DNA from: Candidatus Heimdallarchaeota archaeon
Lineage (GTDB): Archaea; Asgardarchaeota; Heimdallarchaeia; Heimdallarchaeales; Heimdallarchaeaceae
DNA length: 64,000 nucleotides
NCBI GenBank assembly: GCA_018238545.1
Contig: JABCTC010000003.1
Location: forward strand, 32,001-96,000
Direction: 5' to 3'
Below are positions 47,757-57,774 of this stretch, piece by piece. A program made the translations under genes and the position numbers. Position 1 is the stretch's first letter, and each line of letters opens with the position of its first letter. A model generated the notes under the pieces. That model made no database searches. It was not told the DNA's origin and saw only the letters and a program-made list of their open reading frames with translations.

Positions 47757-48614
47757 CTATGTCAATGTTACAGATACTAACATGTTTATTATATTTATTC
47801 TAATTAAATGGCTTATAAAAGCTGGGTTAGCTGGATAGTATATTGGATACTCGTATTGGAAAAAACCTCCACCATGTAATATACGAATCTCACTATAAAT
47901 ATCATTTACAAAGCTTACGTCCTCTAGCTCTTGCTTTTCAGTTCCTAAATAATTTAACTGCATTGTTACAAAATGAGCAGTAGTTCTTTCTTGTGAAGTT
48001 TCATTTAGGAATAATTTAATATTAATTATATCAAGATTATAGATTTCGGTAGCTCCTTCTGTTGTGTAATGTGTTGATAAAACATATCTGTAGTAAAGTG
48101 CTAAATCTAAATAATTCGAAGCGTACACCGATCTTGTTGCATTAATTACAGTAATATCATTGTAAAGGGTACTGGAACCGTTTAAAAATACGTAATCTTG
48201 ATTTTCAGGACCAACAATATATCTATGCTCTCCTACATCATAATCAGCTACAGCTGTACTTCTGTGCACAATTCTTGTAATATTTTCCTCAAAAAGGAGT
48301 TCGTTCTGTGCCCCGGTTACATCTTTGAGTAGAAATATGACTAACCAGCTTGAATCAACATATAGTTCCCCTATTTCTTGGTTGAAGTAAAACTGTCTAT
48401 CGCCTGGTGGTGGGCTATTGACGAGGTCTTGTATCGTGGCATCTAGTGCGACATAATACAAGTTGTTGCTGTTGTTGTAACTTTTATCTTTGAATCCGTT
48501 GATACTAGGCATCATATACACCAATGATATGCCTATTGCAGCGGTAGTTAATACAAACATCAATATAATTGCAACAATTGGAGAAACCGCTCGTTTTTTC
48601 TTCATGAATTTCAT
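47757..48614 (-). CDS. Archaeal type IV pilin-like protein
   Basis: KKKRA|VSPIVAIILMFVLT canonical class III signal. Confidence 0.8.
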   Translation of the reverse strand: MKFMKKKRAVSPIVAIILMFVLTTAAIGISLVYMMPSINGFKDKSYNNSNNLYYVALDATIQDLVNSPPPGDRQFYFNQEIGELYVDSSWLVIFLLKDVTGAQNELLFEENITRIVHRSTAVADYDVGEHRYIVGPENQDYVFLNGSSTLYNDITVINATRSVYASNYLDLALYYRYVLSTHYTTEGATEIYNLDIINIKLFLNETSQERTTAHFVTMQLNYLGTEKQELEDVSFVNDIYSEIRILHGGGFFQYEYPIYYPANPAFISHLIRINIINMLVSVTLT

Positions 48615-48945
48615 TGTATAAAGTTACAATAATGTGCACCAATTAAAATTTATCGGAAACAGTAAGCTGTTTTTTGTGTAAGGCAAACTATTTTCAACTT
48701 CTCTTTTATATCATTTAAAAATGACTGCTTTTTCTAAGTTTTTTAATCCTTAGAGATTTCTCTCTCCAAAGCCTTAAATCAACTTTAGCGAGTGTTATAA
48801 ACGCTTAAATAGTGTATTATATTTCCTATTATAAACATCTGTAACAACAAAATTGCTAGTATCTCTCCAAGATTGCAAGTAATTTGGTGTTCTGAATTTC
48901 GGGGTTTAAAAATCAATTTGTTTACTAAAATAATAAGGGGATACA

Positions 48946-51900
48946 ATGACTGCAATCGAATTAACTAAAAATGCTTTAATAGTTTTAGAAAAACGCTATC
49001 TGTTACGCGATGAAAACAAGAAACCGTTGGAAACACCAGAAGGGTTGTTTAAACGCGTAGCGGATTTCATAGGAGAAACAGATGAAGAAAAAGAGAAATT
49101 CTTTGAATTGATGGCCTCACTAAAGTTCCTTCCAAATTCTCCTACGTTAATGAACGCAGGCACTAAGCTAGGAATGTTGTCGGCTTGTTTTGTCCTTCCA
49201 GTAGAAGATGATATGACATCGATATTTGATGCAGTGAAGCATGCAGCTTTAATTCAACAAGGGGGAGGCGGGACAGGTTTTAGCTTCAGCAAAATTAGAC
49301 CAACAAATGATGTGGTTAAGACAACTGGAGGAGTAGCTTGTTTCCCTTCATCTGTTCGCATTCATACAGATAAAGGATTAATGAAAATAGACGATATAAT
49401 GAAATTTAATGGCTCAATCAAGGCTCTTACTCATAAAGGTTTTCGCAAAATAACTAACAAATATGAAAATGGAATAGCTACAATCTATGAAGTAGAAGTT
49501 TCGAATGGTTATGTTTTGAGAACAACTTCTAATCATAAATATTCAACGATCAAACAAGGTAATATAATCTTAAAACCTTTATCTGAACTTAAAGAAGATG
49601 ATCAACTACTTCTTCTTGCAAATGAAGTGGAAGAAAACAGTCCTAGTGTCATAGCATTAACAACTAAAATATCTGAAAATGAAGATTATTCAATCGAACT
49701 AGATGAAGATTTAGCCTATTTGATAGGTCTAACCTACGCTGATGGAAATATTGTAAATGATGGTCGTCATTATTCTATCAATATTTCTTTAAATATAAAT
49801 CAGAACGATGTAATTGACAAAATTAGAAATATTTCTAAAAAAAGATTTGATTATGATATCAAGGAATACAAGAGGGAAAAATTTAACAGAGTAGAATTAA
49901 GAATTCATGGAAAAAAATATGTGAAACTTTTAGAAGAGAACCAACTTCTAAAAGAGAAGTGTGAGAAAATAAAAATTCCTGAGAAAATATTTCAGAGCCC
50001 ATTTAAAGTTGTTTGCTCATTTATTGCTGGCTATTTTGATGGAGACGGTAATGTTGGAACGGATGGTAGAATAAGTATCAAAACAGTTTCTAAGCAAATG
50101 AGTGATGATTTTGCATTAATAGTTACAAGATTGGGTGTTTTGACTACTAGTTTTCGGGATGAATCTAATTTTGTAACTAGAAATAACAAGGTGTCATACA
50201 GACTATCCATTCCTACAGCAATATTCAAAGAAAGGTTTGTACGATACATCTCTAAATATTCCATGAAACTTCGAGACTATGAATTAAAAAAAGGATCGAC
50301 AAATAGAAAGTTTTCATATCCATTCAACATTCTTCAGAAAATAAGTAATCCAAAAACAAGAGCTAAAATCTCAAAAACCATAATTCCATATAATAATAAA
50401 GTTACAACTAGAAAAGCTCTTAGAAGATTGTTAGATGAAAACGAGATCTCTAATCTTTCTCAAAAAGAGTTACTATATATAGAAAAACTAGACAAATTAT
50501 ATCCTGTTAAGATAAAAAGAATTACAGAAATAGGAAAAGAGGCAGTTTATAATCTAGAGGTTCATGAGGTAAATCGTCTTTCTGCAAATGGTTTTTATGT
50601 TTCCAATTCGGGACCAATTTCTTTTATGGAAGTTTTCAATGCAGCAACAAATACAATAAAACAAGGGGGGTGTGTTGCTACAGATAGTTTGATCCGTACA
50701 GATACAGGTTCCATACCAATTGGAGAGCTCCTTAACTGTCCACCTTTAAGTGATAATCCTACTAAATCCCTAGTATATGATGGCGAAGATTTTAATCATG
50801 CATATATTTCCATGGACAATAGCATCGCTGAAGTAATAAAAATAACCACAGATATAGGTATAGAAATAAAACCAACTTACAACCATCTTATTGCATCCAT
50901 AAACGAGGAAGGTGATTTTGTTTGGAAGGAAGCAGAAAATCTAAAGGTGGGTGATTGGTTAGTTATCTCATTAGATGGGCACTGTGGGAGCGATGCTTTT
51001 CTACCTTCCATCAAAAAACAGCATCATAATGCTAATCCGATAGTTATTCCAGAAAAAATAACACCTGAACTTGGAGAGATTTTAGGTTTATACATGGCAG
51101 ATGGTTGTATCAGTACGCAAGGAAGAATAGTTTTCAGTTTAGGCAATAAGGATCCTGACTTAATTCAAAGGATTAAAGATCTTATGATAAAAACATTTAA
51201 CCTTCCTGTGGGCATGGTTGATGATAAGAACACTTATTCTGATTTATTCTTTTATTCTAAAGATTTATGCAAATACTTTGAGAAAATGAACTGGAAGAAA
51301 ACCTCTTCAGCTGATGCTTTTGTTCCACAAATCATATTTCAATCCTCTATTTCTGTTGCTAAAAGCTTCATTAGAGGTTTGTTTTCTGGCGATGGGGATG
51401 TACATGTTGATGGTTATCCACGTTATCACTCAATTTCAGGGACTTTAGTGAAAAAACTTCAGCAATTATTGCTTGGTCTGGGAGTTGTTTCCTCAATTTC
51501 GTTAAATAAAAACCGTTTAGGAAGTTTTGGAGACAAACCAATTTATTGTCTCTCCATTGTTCCTGAGAGGAGCTTGAAAATCTTCAAGGATGAGATAGGT
51601 TTCGCAGTTAGTAGAAAAAATAATCTCCTAAGAGAAAGGTTTCCTCAGAAAGCATTTGAATATGTGGACTATATTCCACATCAAGGTTCTAAATTAAAAC
51701 AAAAGTATAACTATGTGGGAGCTGGAACTAATAAGGGTATAACTAAACGAGGGGCAGATAAGGTATTCTATAGAGCGATCTATCATTACATCTCAAAATC
51801 CCCTAATTCATACAGAAATATTACAAGAAAGAGACTTCTCATATTATTTGAAAAATTCCCCTTTTTGAGGGAAGATTCACATTTCAAAGAAATTTCGAAT

Positions 51901-54900
51901 CCAAGATACTATTATTCCCAAGTTCGTTCTATTGAAAAAGAAGATTGCTATACTATGGATATCGAAGTATCAGGTTCAAATAAATTTGTGGCAAATGGTG
52001 TATTAGTTCATAACCGTCGTCGTGGAGCGAACATGGGCATTCTCAGAGTTGATCATCCTGATATTCTCGAATTTATTTCCTGCAAAGAAGATCAAACTAA
52101 ATTAACTAATTTCAACATCTCTATTGCAATAACAGATGTTTTCATGAAAGCAGTAGATGAGAACAGTGATTATGATTTAATAAATCCTAGAAATAAAGAA
52201 ATTGTCGGCAAACTAGATGCAAGAGGAGTTTTTGATAAAATAGTAGAAATGTCCTGGAAAAATGGAGAGCCAGGGATGGTTTTCATCGATAGAATAAACA
52301 GAGACAATCCAACACCAGAAATAGGAGAAATTGAGAGCACGAATCCTTGTGTGACAGGTGATACTCTTATTTCAACTGAAAAAGGATTAATGAGGATGGA
52401 GAAGCTAGTAGAGCAATATGGAGAAGGGGGCATAGCAATTGCTACAGACAATCGTGTTCCTGTTCAAGTTCCCAATGGTGATGGAACTGTTAGTCTGATG
52501 GAAGTTAAAGAAAAAGGTGTAACTCTAAGACCAATTACAAGAGCTTTTTCTACAGGTATAAAAGACGTTTATAAACTTGTTACAAAAGCAGGCTACGAGC
52601 TTAAAGCTACAGCTGATCATAAAATGGTAACCAATGAAGGTTGGGTTGAACTCAAGAATCTTGATCCAGCCAAACATCAGATCTTGCTACAGTCGGGAAA
52701 AGGATCATTTAATTCTTCGTATGATTTACCCTTTGAAGTACAAAACAATTTTATTGGTAAAAATGGTAGGTCTTATTCCTTTAACTTTCCAACAAAATGG
52801 TCTAAAGAACTAGGTCAAACATTAGGTTGGCTTATAGGTGATGGATGGTTACGGGCAGGAGACAAAAATTGTCGTGTTGGGTTTACTTTTGGTGAAAGAG
52901 ATAAGAAAATTATGTGGCATCTCAAACCCTTCATTAACAAGTGGTATGGTTCAGAAATAGAGGAAATTAAAAGAAAGAATAACGTTTATCATCTTTCTTA
53001 CCATTCGAAATATTTTGTAGAATTTTTCAAAAAATTAGGCGTTAAACCAGTCAAAGCAGGTGAAAAGGTTGTTCCAGAAACAATATTTACTGCTCCTGAA
53101 GAAGCAGTAATTGGTTTCTTACAAGGATTATTCAGTGCAGATGGAACAGTAAATTATAGAGAAGATCATTCATCTTATGTCAGATTGACATCCAAATCAA
53201 GATTGCTCTTGAGTGAAGTGCAGATATTATTAGCTAATTTTGGAATTAAATCCAGAATCTATAACAGAAGTAGAAAAGCAAGGCAAGTATTCAATTATAT
53301 CTCAAAATCAGGAGAAAAAAGAAACTACATCAGCGATGGTATCTGTTTTGAACTAGAGATTTCAAGAAAAAGTGTTTTACGCTTCTTATCAGAGATAGGA
53401 TTTCTTCAAGGATTACATAAAAAGAAAATAGTTAAGTTTTCTCATAAAAATTTCAGAGAAGATATCTATCTTGAGAAAATCAAATCAATCAAAAAAGTAG
53501 GTAAAGAAAGAGTATATGATTTAACCGAACCAAAAACCTTAACCTTCATTACAGGCGCTCTAGTGACCGTTGATTGCGGCGAACAACCACTTTTGTCCTA
53601 CGAATCTTGCAATTTAGGTTCTATCAATCTTCTTAAGCACGTCAAAGATTCTGCTCTTGATTGGTCTCTTTTAGAGGATTCCATTCGTTTAGCTGTTCGT
53701 TTTCTTGACAATGTTATTGACAGGAATCAATACATTCTTCCTGAAATTGAACACATGACTAAAACCAACCGCAAGATCGGTCTTGGCATCATGGGCTTTG
53801 CTGATGTTTTGGTCTCTCTTGGCATTTCTTATAATTCTAAAAAAGCTCTAGATTTAGCAAATAAAATTATGTCTTTCCTTCAAGAAAAAGCAAGAGATGA
53901 ATCATCCAAACTGGGTAAAGAACGTGGTAATTTTCCTAATTTTGAGAAGAGTATTTACAAGGATAATTATGAATACATGAGAAACGCTACAACAACTACA
54001 ATTGCCCCAACTGGGACTATATCCCTTATAGCTGGATGCTCCAGTGGAATAGAACCTTATTACGCAATAGCTTTTACTCGCAATGTCCTAGATGGCAAGA
54101 AATTGTTTGAAGCTAATCCGCTTTTTGAAGAACAATTAAAAGCAAAAAATATTTACTCTGAGGAACTTCTAGAAAAAGTTTCAAGTACAAACTCAATCCA
54201 AGAATTAGAAGAAATACCAAAGAAAATACGACAGCTGTTTGTAACTACTCACGATATAACTCCTGCAGATCATATCGAAATGCAAGCAGTCTTTCAAGAC
54301 TATGTTGACAATGCCGTCTCAAAAACTATCAATTTCTCTACTACAGCAACTAAAGAAGATATAGCTGAATCCTTTTTACTTGCCTATAAGAAGGGTTGTA
54401 AAGGAATAACAGTCTACCGAGATGGTTCGAGAAAATATCAAGTATTATCAACAAAGAAAACTGAAGCAAAATCAAAGTTGGAAGATCAAATTAGGCACAT
54501 AGAAAAACTTGAACCTCGAGAAAGACCTGAGATAACTATTGGTCAAACTCACAAGATAAGAGCAGGTTGTGGTAATCTCTATGTTACGGTTAATCAAGAT
54601 GATGAAGGGGTCTGTGAGGTTTTTGTGCAAGTTGGTAAAAGTGGTGGGTGTATAGCAAGTCAAAGTGAAGCGGTAGGTCGGTTGATTTCCTTATCCCTTA
54701 GATCTGGGGTAAAAGTTGAATCTGTAGTAGATCACCTCGCTGGTATAAGGTGCCCCAGCCCTAACTTCTATCAAGGTAAAACAGTCTTGTCTTGCGCTGA
54801 TGGTATATCTCAAGTTTTAGCAAATTACATTAATGGTGATCACGTTGTTAAGCATAACGGACTAATCGCTTGTCCTGACTGTGGTGGGATGTTAGACTTC

Positions 54901-54951
54901 GCCGAGGGGTGCTATACTTGCAGACAATGTGGTTTCAGTAAGTGTGATTAG
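48946..54951 (+). CDS. nrdJ: Class II (adenosylcobalamin) ribonucleotide reductase with three inteins and C-terminal TSCPD/Zn-ribbon
   Basis: FLPNSPTLMNAG, LSACFV, GGGTGFSFS, RRGANMG, NP/CGEQ, ESCNLGS, TIAPTGT, GCKGITVYRDGSR, CPDCG...EGCYTC..CG.SKC. Confidence 0.96.
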   Translation: MTAIELTKNALIVLEKRYLLRDENKKPLETPEGLFKRVADFIGETDEEKEKFFELMASLKFLPNSPTLMNAGTKLGMLSACFVLPVEDDMTSIFDAVKHAALIQQGGGGTGFSFSKIRPTNDVVKTTGGVACFPSSVRIHTDKGLMKIDDIMKFNGSIKALTHKGFRKITNKYENGIATIYEVEVSNGYVLRTTSNHKYSTIKQGNIILKPLSELKEDDQLLLLANEVEENSPSVIALTTKISENEDYSIELDEDLAYLIGLTYADGNIVNDGRHYSINISLNINQNDVIDKIRNISKKRFDYDIKEYKREKFNRVELRIHGKKYVKLLEENQLLKEKCEKIKIPEKIFQSPFKVVCSFIAGYFDGDGNVGTDGRISIKTVSKQMSDDFALIVTRLGVLTTSFRDESNFVTRNNKVSYRLSIPTAIFKERFVRYISKYSMKLRDYELKKGSTNRKFSYPFNILQKISNPKTRAKISKTIIPYNNKVTTRKALRRLLDENEISNLSQKELLYIEKLDKLYPVKIKRITEIGKEAVYNLEVHEVNRLSANGFYVSNSGPISFMEVFNAATNTIKQGGCVATDSLIRTDTGSIPIGELLNCPPLSDNPTKSLVYDGEDFNHAYISMDNSIAEVIKITTDIGIEIKPTYNHLIASINEEGDFVWKEAENLKVGDWLVISLDGHCGSDAFLPSIKKQHHNANPIVIPEKITPELGEILGLYMADGCISTQGRIVFSLGNKDPDLIQRIKDLMIKTFNLPVGMVDDKNTYSDLFFYSKDLCKYFEKMNWKKTSSADAFVPQIIFQSSISVAKSFIRGLFSGDGDVHVDGYPRYHSISGTLVKKLQQLLLGLGVVSSISLNKNRLGSFGDKPIYCLSIVPERSLKIFKDEIGFAVSRKNNLLRERFPQKAFEYVDYIPHQGSKLKQKYNYVGAGTNKGITKRGADKVFYRAIYHYISKSPNSYRNITRKRLLILFEKFPFLREDSHFKEISNPRYYYSQVRSIEKEDCYTMDIEVSGSNKFVANGVLVHNRRRGANMGILRVDHPDILEFISCKEDQTKLTNFNISIAITDVFMKAVDENSDYDLINPRNKEIVGKLDARGVFDKIVEMSWKNGEPGMVFIDRINRDNPTPEIGEIESTNPCVTGDTLISTEKGLMRMEKLVEQYGEGGIAIATDNRVPVQVPNGDGTVSLMEVKEKGVTLRPITRAFSTGIKDVYKLVTKAGYELKATADHKMVTNEGWVELKNLDPAKHQILLQSGKGSFNSSYDLPFEVQNNFIGKNGRSYSFNFPTKWSKELGQTLGWLIGDGWLRAGDKNCRVGFTFGERDKKIMWHLKPFINKWYGSEIEEIKRKNNVYHLSYHSKYFVEFFKKLGVKPVKAGEKVVPETIFTAPEEAVIGFLQGLFSADGTVNYREDHSSYVRLTSKSRLLLSEVQILLANFGIKSRIYNRSRKARQVFNYISKSGEKRNYISDGICFELEISRKSVLRFLSEIGFLQGLHKKKIVKFSHKNFREDIYLEKIKSIKKVGKERVYDLTEPKTLTFITGALVTVDCGEQPLLSYESCNLGSINLLKHVKDSALDWSLLEDSIRLAVRFLDNVIDRNQYILPEIEHMTKTNRKIGLGIMGFADVLVSLGISYNSKKALDLANKIMSFLQEKARDESSKLGKERGNFPNFEKSIYKDNYEYMRNATTTTIAPTGTISLIAGCSSGIEPYYAIAFTRNVLDGKKLFEANPLFEEQLKAKNIYSEELLEKVSSTNSIQELEEIPKKIRQLFVTTHDITPADHIEMQAVFQDYVDNAVSKTINFSTTATKEDIAESFLLAYKKGCKGITVYRDGSRKYQVLSTKKTEAKSKLEDQIRHIEKLEPRERPEITIGQTHKIRAGCGNLYVTVNQDDEGVCEVFVQVGKSGGCIASQSEAVGRLISLSLRSGVKVESVVDHLAGIRCPSPNFYQGKTVLSCADGISQVLANYINGDHVVKHNGLIACPDCGGMLDFAEGCYTCRQCGFSKCD
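49339..50607 (+). mobile_element. Intein 1 (423 aa, LAGLIDADG endonuclease) in NrdJ, GGVA/C...SN/S
   Basis: CFPSSVRI start, TSNH block B, LIGLTYADG and FIAGYFDGDG, VYNLEV...ANGFYVSN end. Confidence 0.92.
50671..52014 (+). mobile_element. Intein 2 (448 aa, LAGLIDADG) in NrdJ, QGG/C...HN/R
   Basis: CVATDSLI start, TYNH, LGLYMADG and FIRGLFSGDG, TMDIEV...FVANGVLVHN end. Confidence 0.9.
52348..53574 (+). mobile_element. Intein 3 (409 aa, LAGLIDADG) at the catalytic NP/CGE site, ending in Asp
   Basis: CVTGDTLI start, TADH, LGWLIGDG and FLQGLFSADG, VYDLTEP...LVTVD/CGEQ end. Confidence 0.92.
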
Positions 54952-55037
54952 AGCTAAAATGCACGTAACTTTCCATAGAACAAACAAGATACATTCTCAT
55001 CACAAGATTTTTTTGCAATGAATATAATTCTCCATTA

Positions 55038-56096
55038 ATGATAATCTGGTTTGACACTGTCACTGCTAAAGAACCTTTGTTATTTAATGCATTAGCTCTT
55101 GAACTTGAAAAAGAAGGTCATGAGACATTATTCACATGTAGAGATTATGATTATATTGTAAGTTTATTTGACTTGTTGCAGAGAGATGTAGAAGTGTTTG
55201 GTAAGCATGGAGGAAGTTCACTCTATGGAAAATTAATGGCTGGTAATAAGAGAATAGAGTTACTTGCAAATTATATTAACAATCTGGATGCAAAACCTGA
55301 TTACCACATCTCATTTTCAAGCCCTGAATCAACACGAGTTGCTTTTGGACTCGGGATTCCAACAATTACTATTAACGATTCACCTCACGCTAAAGCCGTT
55401 GGAAAGCTAACAGTTCCTCTTTCAAAATATTTAGTTTATAGTTCGAGTATACCCAAAGAAAACTGGTTAGTTTTAGGTGCACTAGAGGAACAACTACAAC
55501 CTTATGATGGAATTGATGAAGTAGCATGGCTTCTAAATTTCGAGCCAAATCCTGAAGTTCTAAGTCAGCTCTCTCTTACTGTGGAAGATCATTTTATTGT
55601 AGCTAGACCCGAAGAAAGCAGTGCATCTTACATGCTAGAACTAGGAATCGGTGGTCTTACCTATCTTGATTTGATCCTAGAAGAAATTTTTAAAGAATAT
55701 GAGGGAAAAGTTGTGATGTTTCCTAGATATGAAACACAAAAAGAAGCTTTGGTGAAAAAATTTGGAGACAAACTCATCATTCCACCTAAAGCAGTGGATA
55801 CGTTATCCCTCTATTACTATTCTGATCTCTGCATTACTGGAGGAGCTACAATGGCAAGGGAAGCCGCTGCAATTGGGACGCCTTCCATTTCATACTACCC
55901 TCAACCTTTAGATGTGTTAGAATATATTTCTTCTATTGGTATACCTTTGTATAATGAATACACAGTAGATCAAGCAATTGAAAGGGCCAAAATTTTAATT
56001 AACAATACAGCTGAGAAAAGTTCGATTAGACAAAAAACAAAACTAATTTTACAAGAACTTGAATCTCCCATAGAAAAAATTGTGAACCTATTGTGA
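55038..56096 (+). CDS. DUF354-family GT-B-fold protein
   Basis: IWFD...K...F, GKHGG, SFSSPE..RVAFGLGIP, NDSPHA, GGATMAREAAAIGTPSIS. Confidence 0.85.
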   Translation: MIIWFDTVTAKEPLLFNALALELEKEGHETLFTCRDYDYIVSLFDLLQRDVEVFGKHGGSSLYGKLMAGNKRIELLANYINNLDAKPDYHISFSSPESTRVAFGLGIPTITINDSPHAKAVGKLTVPLSKYLVYSSSIPKENWLVLGALEEQLQPYDGIDEVAWLLNFEPNPEVLSQLSLTVEDHFIVARPEESSASYMLELGIGGLTYLDLILEEIFKEYEGKVVMFPRYETQKEALVKKFGDKLIIPPKAVDTLSLYYYSDLCITGGATMAREAAAIGTPSISYYPQPLDVLEYISSIGIPLYNEYTVDQAIERAKILINNTAEKSSIRQKTKLILQELESPIEKIVNLL

Positions 56097-56170
56097 CATT
56101 TCTATCAAGATTCCTCATGTTTTTACGCAAAGATTTAATTTTGATATATTTTATCAATAGTTGAATATAG

Positions 56171-57331
56171 ATGAATTTCACCTCTGAGAAACTTAAAAAA
56201 ATAAAACCAAGCGGGATAAGGGAGCTGTTTGCTAAATCTCAAGGAATAGAAAATGTTATCTCTCTTGGAATAGGTGCTCCAGATATACACACTCCAGCTG
56301 AATTGAAGGAAGCACTTAAACAAGCTGTTTACGATAACTTCAACAATTATGGACAAACCCCAGGGCATCTAGGATTAAGAGAAGCAATCACCAAGAAATA
56401 CAAAGCAGAGTATGGTGTTGACTATAGTTCTGTTGATGGTACAATTGTAACTTGTGGTGGCGTTCAATTAATCTACATAGCACTCCAAACTTATCTTTCA
56501 CAAGGAGATGAAGTATTAGTCCAAGATCCTTGTTTTCTAACTTATCCTAGGCAAGTTACTCTAGCTGGAGGCAAAACTGTCTGGATGCCTTCCACAGAAA
56601 ATTTTGAGATTGACATTGAAAAGACAAAGGAGTTAATTACGGATAGAACTAAAGCTATAATGCTAAACTTCCCTTCCAATCCAACAGGGGCTGTAATGAG
56701 TAGAGAAGAATCGAAAGCAATGGTGGATATTGCGGTTGATAATGATCTGCTTATTCTTAGTGATGAAGTGTATGAATATTATACCTTTGATGATTCTAAA
56801 CATGTTCATATAGGTTCAATTGATGGTGCTTACGAAAGAACAATTACAATTAACTCCTTCTCCAAAACATATGCCATACCTGGTTGGAGGATGGGCTATG
56901 GAGTAACAACACCTGAACTGATGAAACCTATGTTAGGTTATCATGGATTTGTTGTAGCAAATGCAACAACACCAACACAAGTTGCTTTAGCAAATTTCAT
57001 GCACACTCCTGCAGCTGTGAAATTTAAGAAAAATATTAGAGGAATCTTTCAGAAAAGAAGAGATGTCATAGTTGATGGCTTAAATTCTATAGATGGCATT
57101 ACTTGTCAGAAACCTGTTGGTTCTTTCTATTGTTATCCTGATATATCTCAAACGAAATACCCAGATGGTAATAGTTTCTCAACAAAAGCTTTTGATGAAT
57201 CTAGAGTTATCTTAGTTCCAGGAACTGAATTCGGTCCCAGCCAAACAAATTATGTTAGAGCGAGTTTTGGGTCAGCTGATGTCACACAACTTGGAGAAGT
57301 GGTAGAACGATTAGCCTCTCTTGTTTCCTAG
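56171..57331 (+). CDS. PLP-dependent aminotransferase class I/II (aspartate aminotransferase-like)
   Basis: LGIGAPD, NFPSNPTG, SDEVYE, NSFSKTYAIPGWRMG. Confidence 0.93.
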   Translation: MNFTSEKLKKIKPSGIRELFAKSQGIENVISLGIGAPDIHTPAELKEALKQAVYDNFNNYGQTPGHLGLREAITKKYKAEYGVDYSSVDGTIVTCGGVQLIYIALQTYLSQGDEVLVQDPCFLTYPRQVTLAGGKTVWMPSTENFEIDIEKTKELITDRTKAIMLNFPSNPTGAVMSREESKAMVDIAVDNDLLILSDEVYEYYTFDDSKHVHIGSIDGAYERTITINSFSKTYAIPGWRMGYGVTTPELMKPMLGYHGFVVANATTPTQVALANFMHTPAAVKFKKNIRGIFQKRRDVIVDGLNSIDGITCQKPVGSFYCYPDISQTKYPDGNSFSTKAFDESRVILVPGTEFGPSQTNYVRASFGSADVTQLGEVVERLASLVS

Positions 57332-57386
57332 AAAGCCCTATGCAAATAACTTAAAAACAATAAATATAACGATAAAGTGAATACTA

Positions 57387-57572
57387 ATGGTAGACGAAAA
57401 ACCAACATTGAGAATTTACTGCAAATTTTGTGAAGAAGAGTGTGATCAAGAATTTATTGGAGAGAATAGAAAAGATACTTTTTCACTAACTTTCGTTTGT
57501 AAGTCGTGTGGGAATTATCACACATTCGAATTCTTCGGGAGCCAATTTGTACAACCTACCGAGCTGGATTGA
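57387..57572 (+). CDS. Small Zn-ribbon protein
   Basis: CKFC-x23-CKSC; upstream TATA-like TTAAAA. Confidence 0.65.
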   Translation: MVDEKPTLRIYCKFCEEECDQEFIGENRKDTFSLTFVCKSCGNYHTFEFFGSQFVQPTELD

Positions 57573-57774
57573 CCAAAACTCTCTTTTCTTACACTTTTAG
57601 CAAGTCTAATAATTGTATAGTTTTACACAATAGTATATTTTTGTAAAAAGTATTAGAAAGGCAGAAGTCTTCGGAGGTATAAATCTACACATATGTTTCG
57701 ATAAAACTAGAACATTAGGTTTTTAAATGACATTTTCAATATGTAATATTAGAATCCAAGAAGGGGTTTAAAAC

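Noticed and set aside
45638-48614. Archaellum (arl/fla) operon
   Set aside because: No ArlH, ArlF/G or recognisable archaellin, and the platform protein is split, which fits a pilus better.
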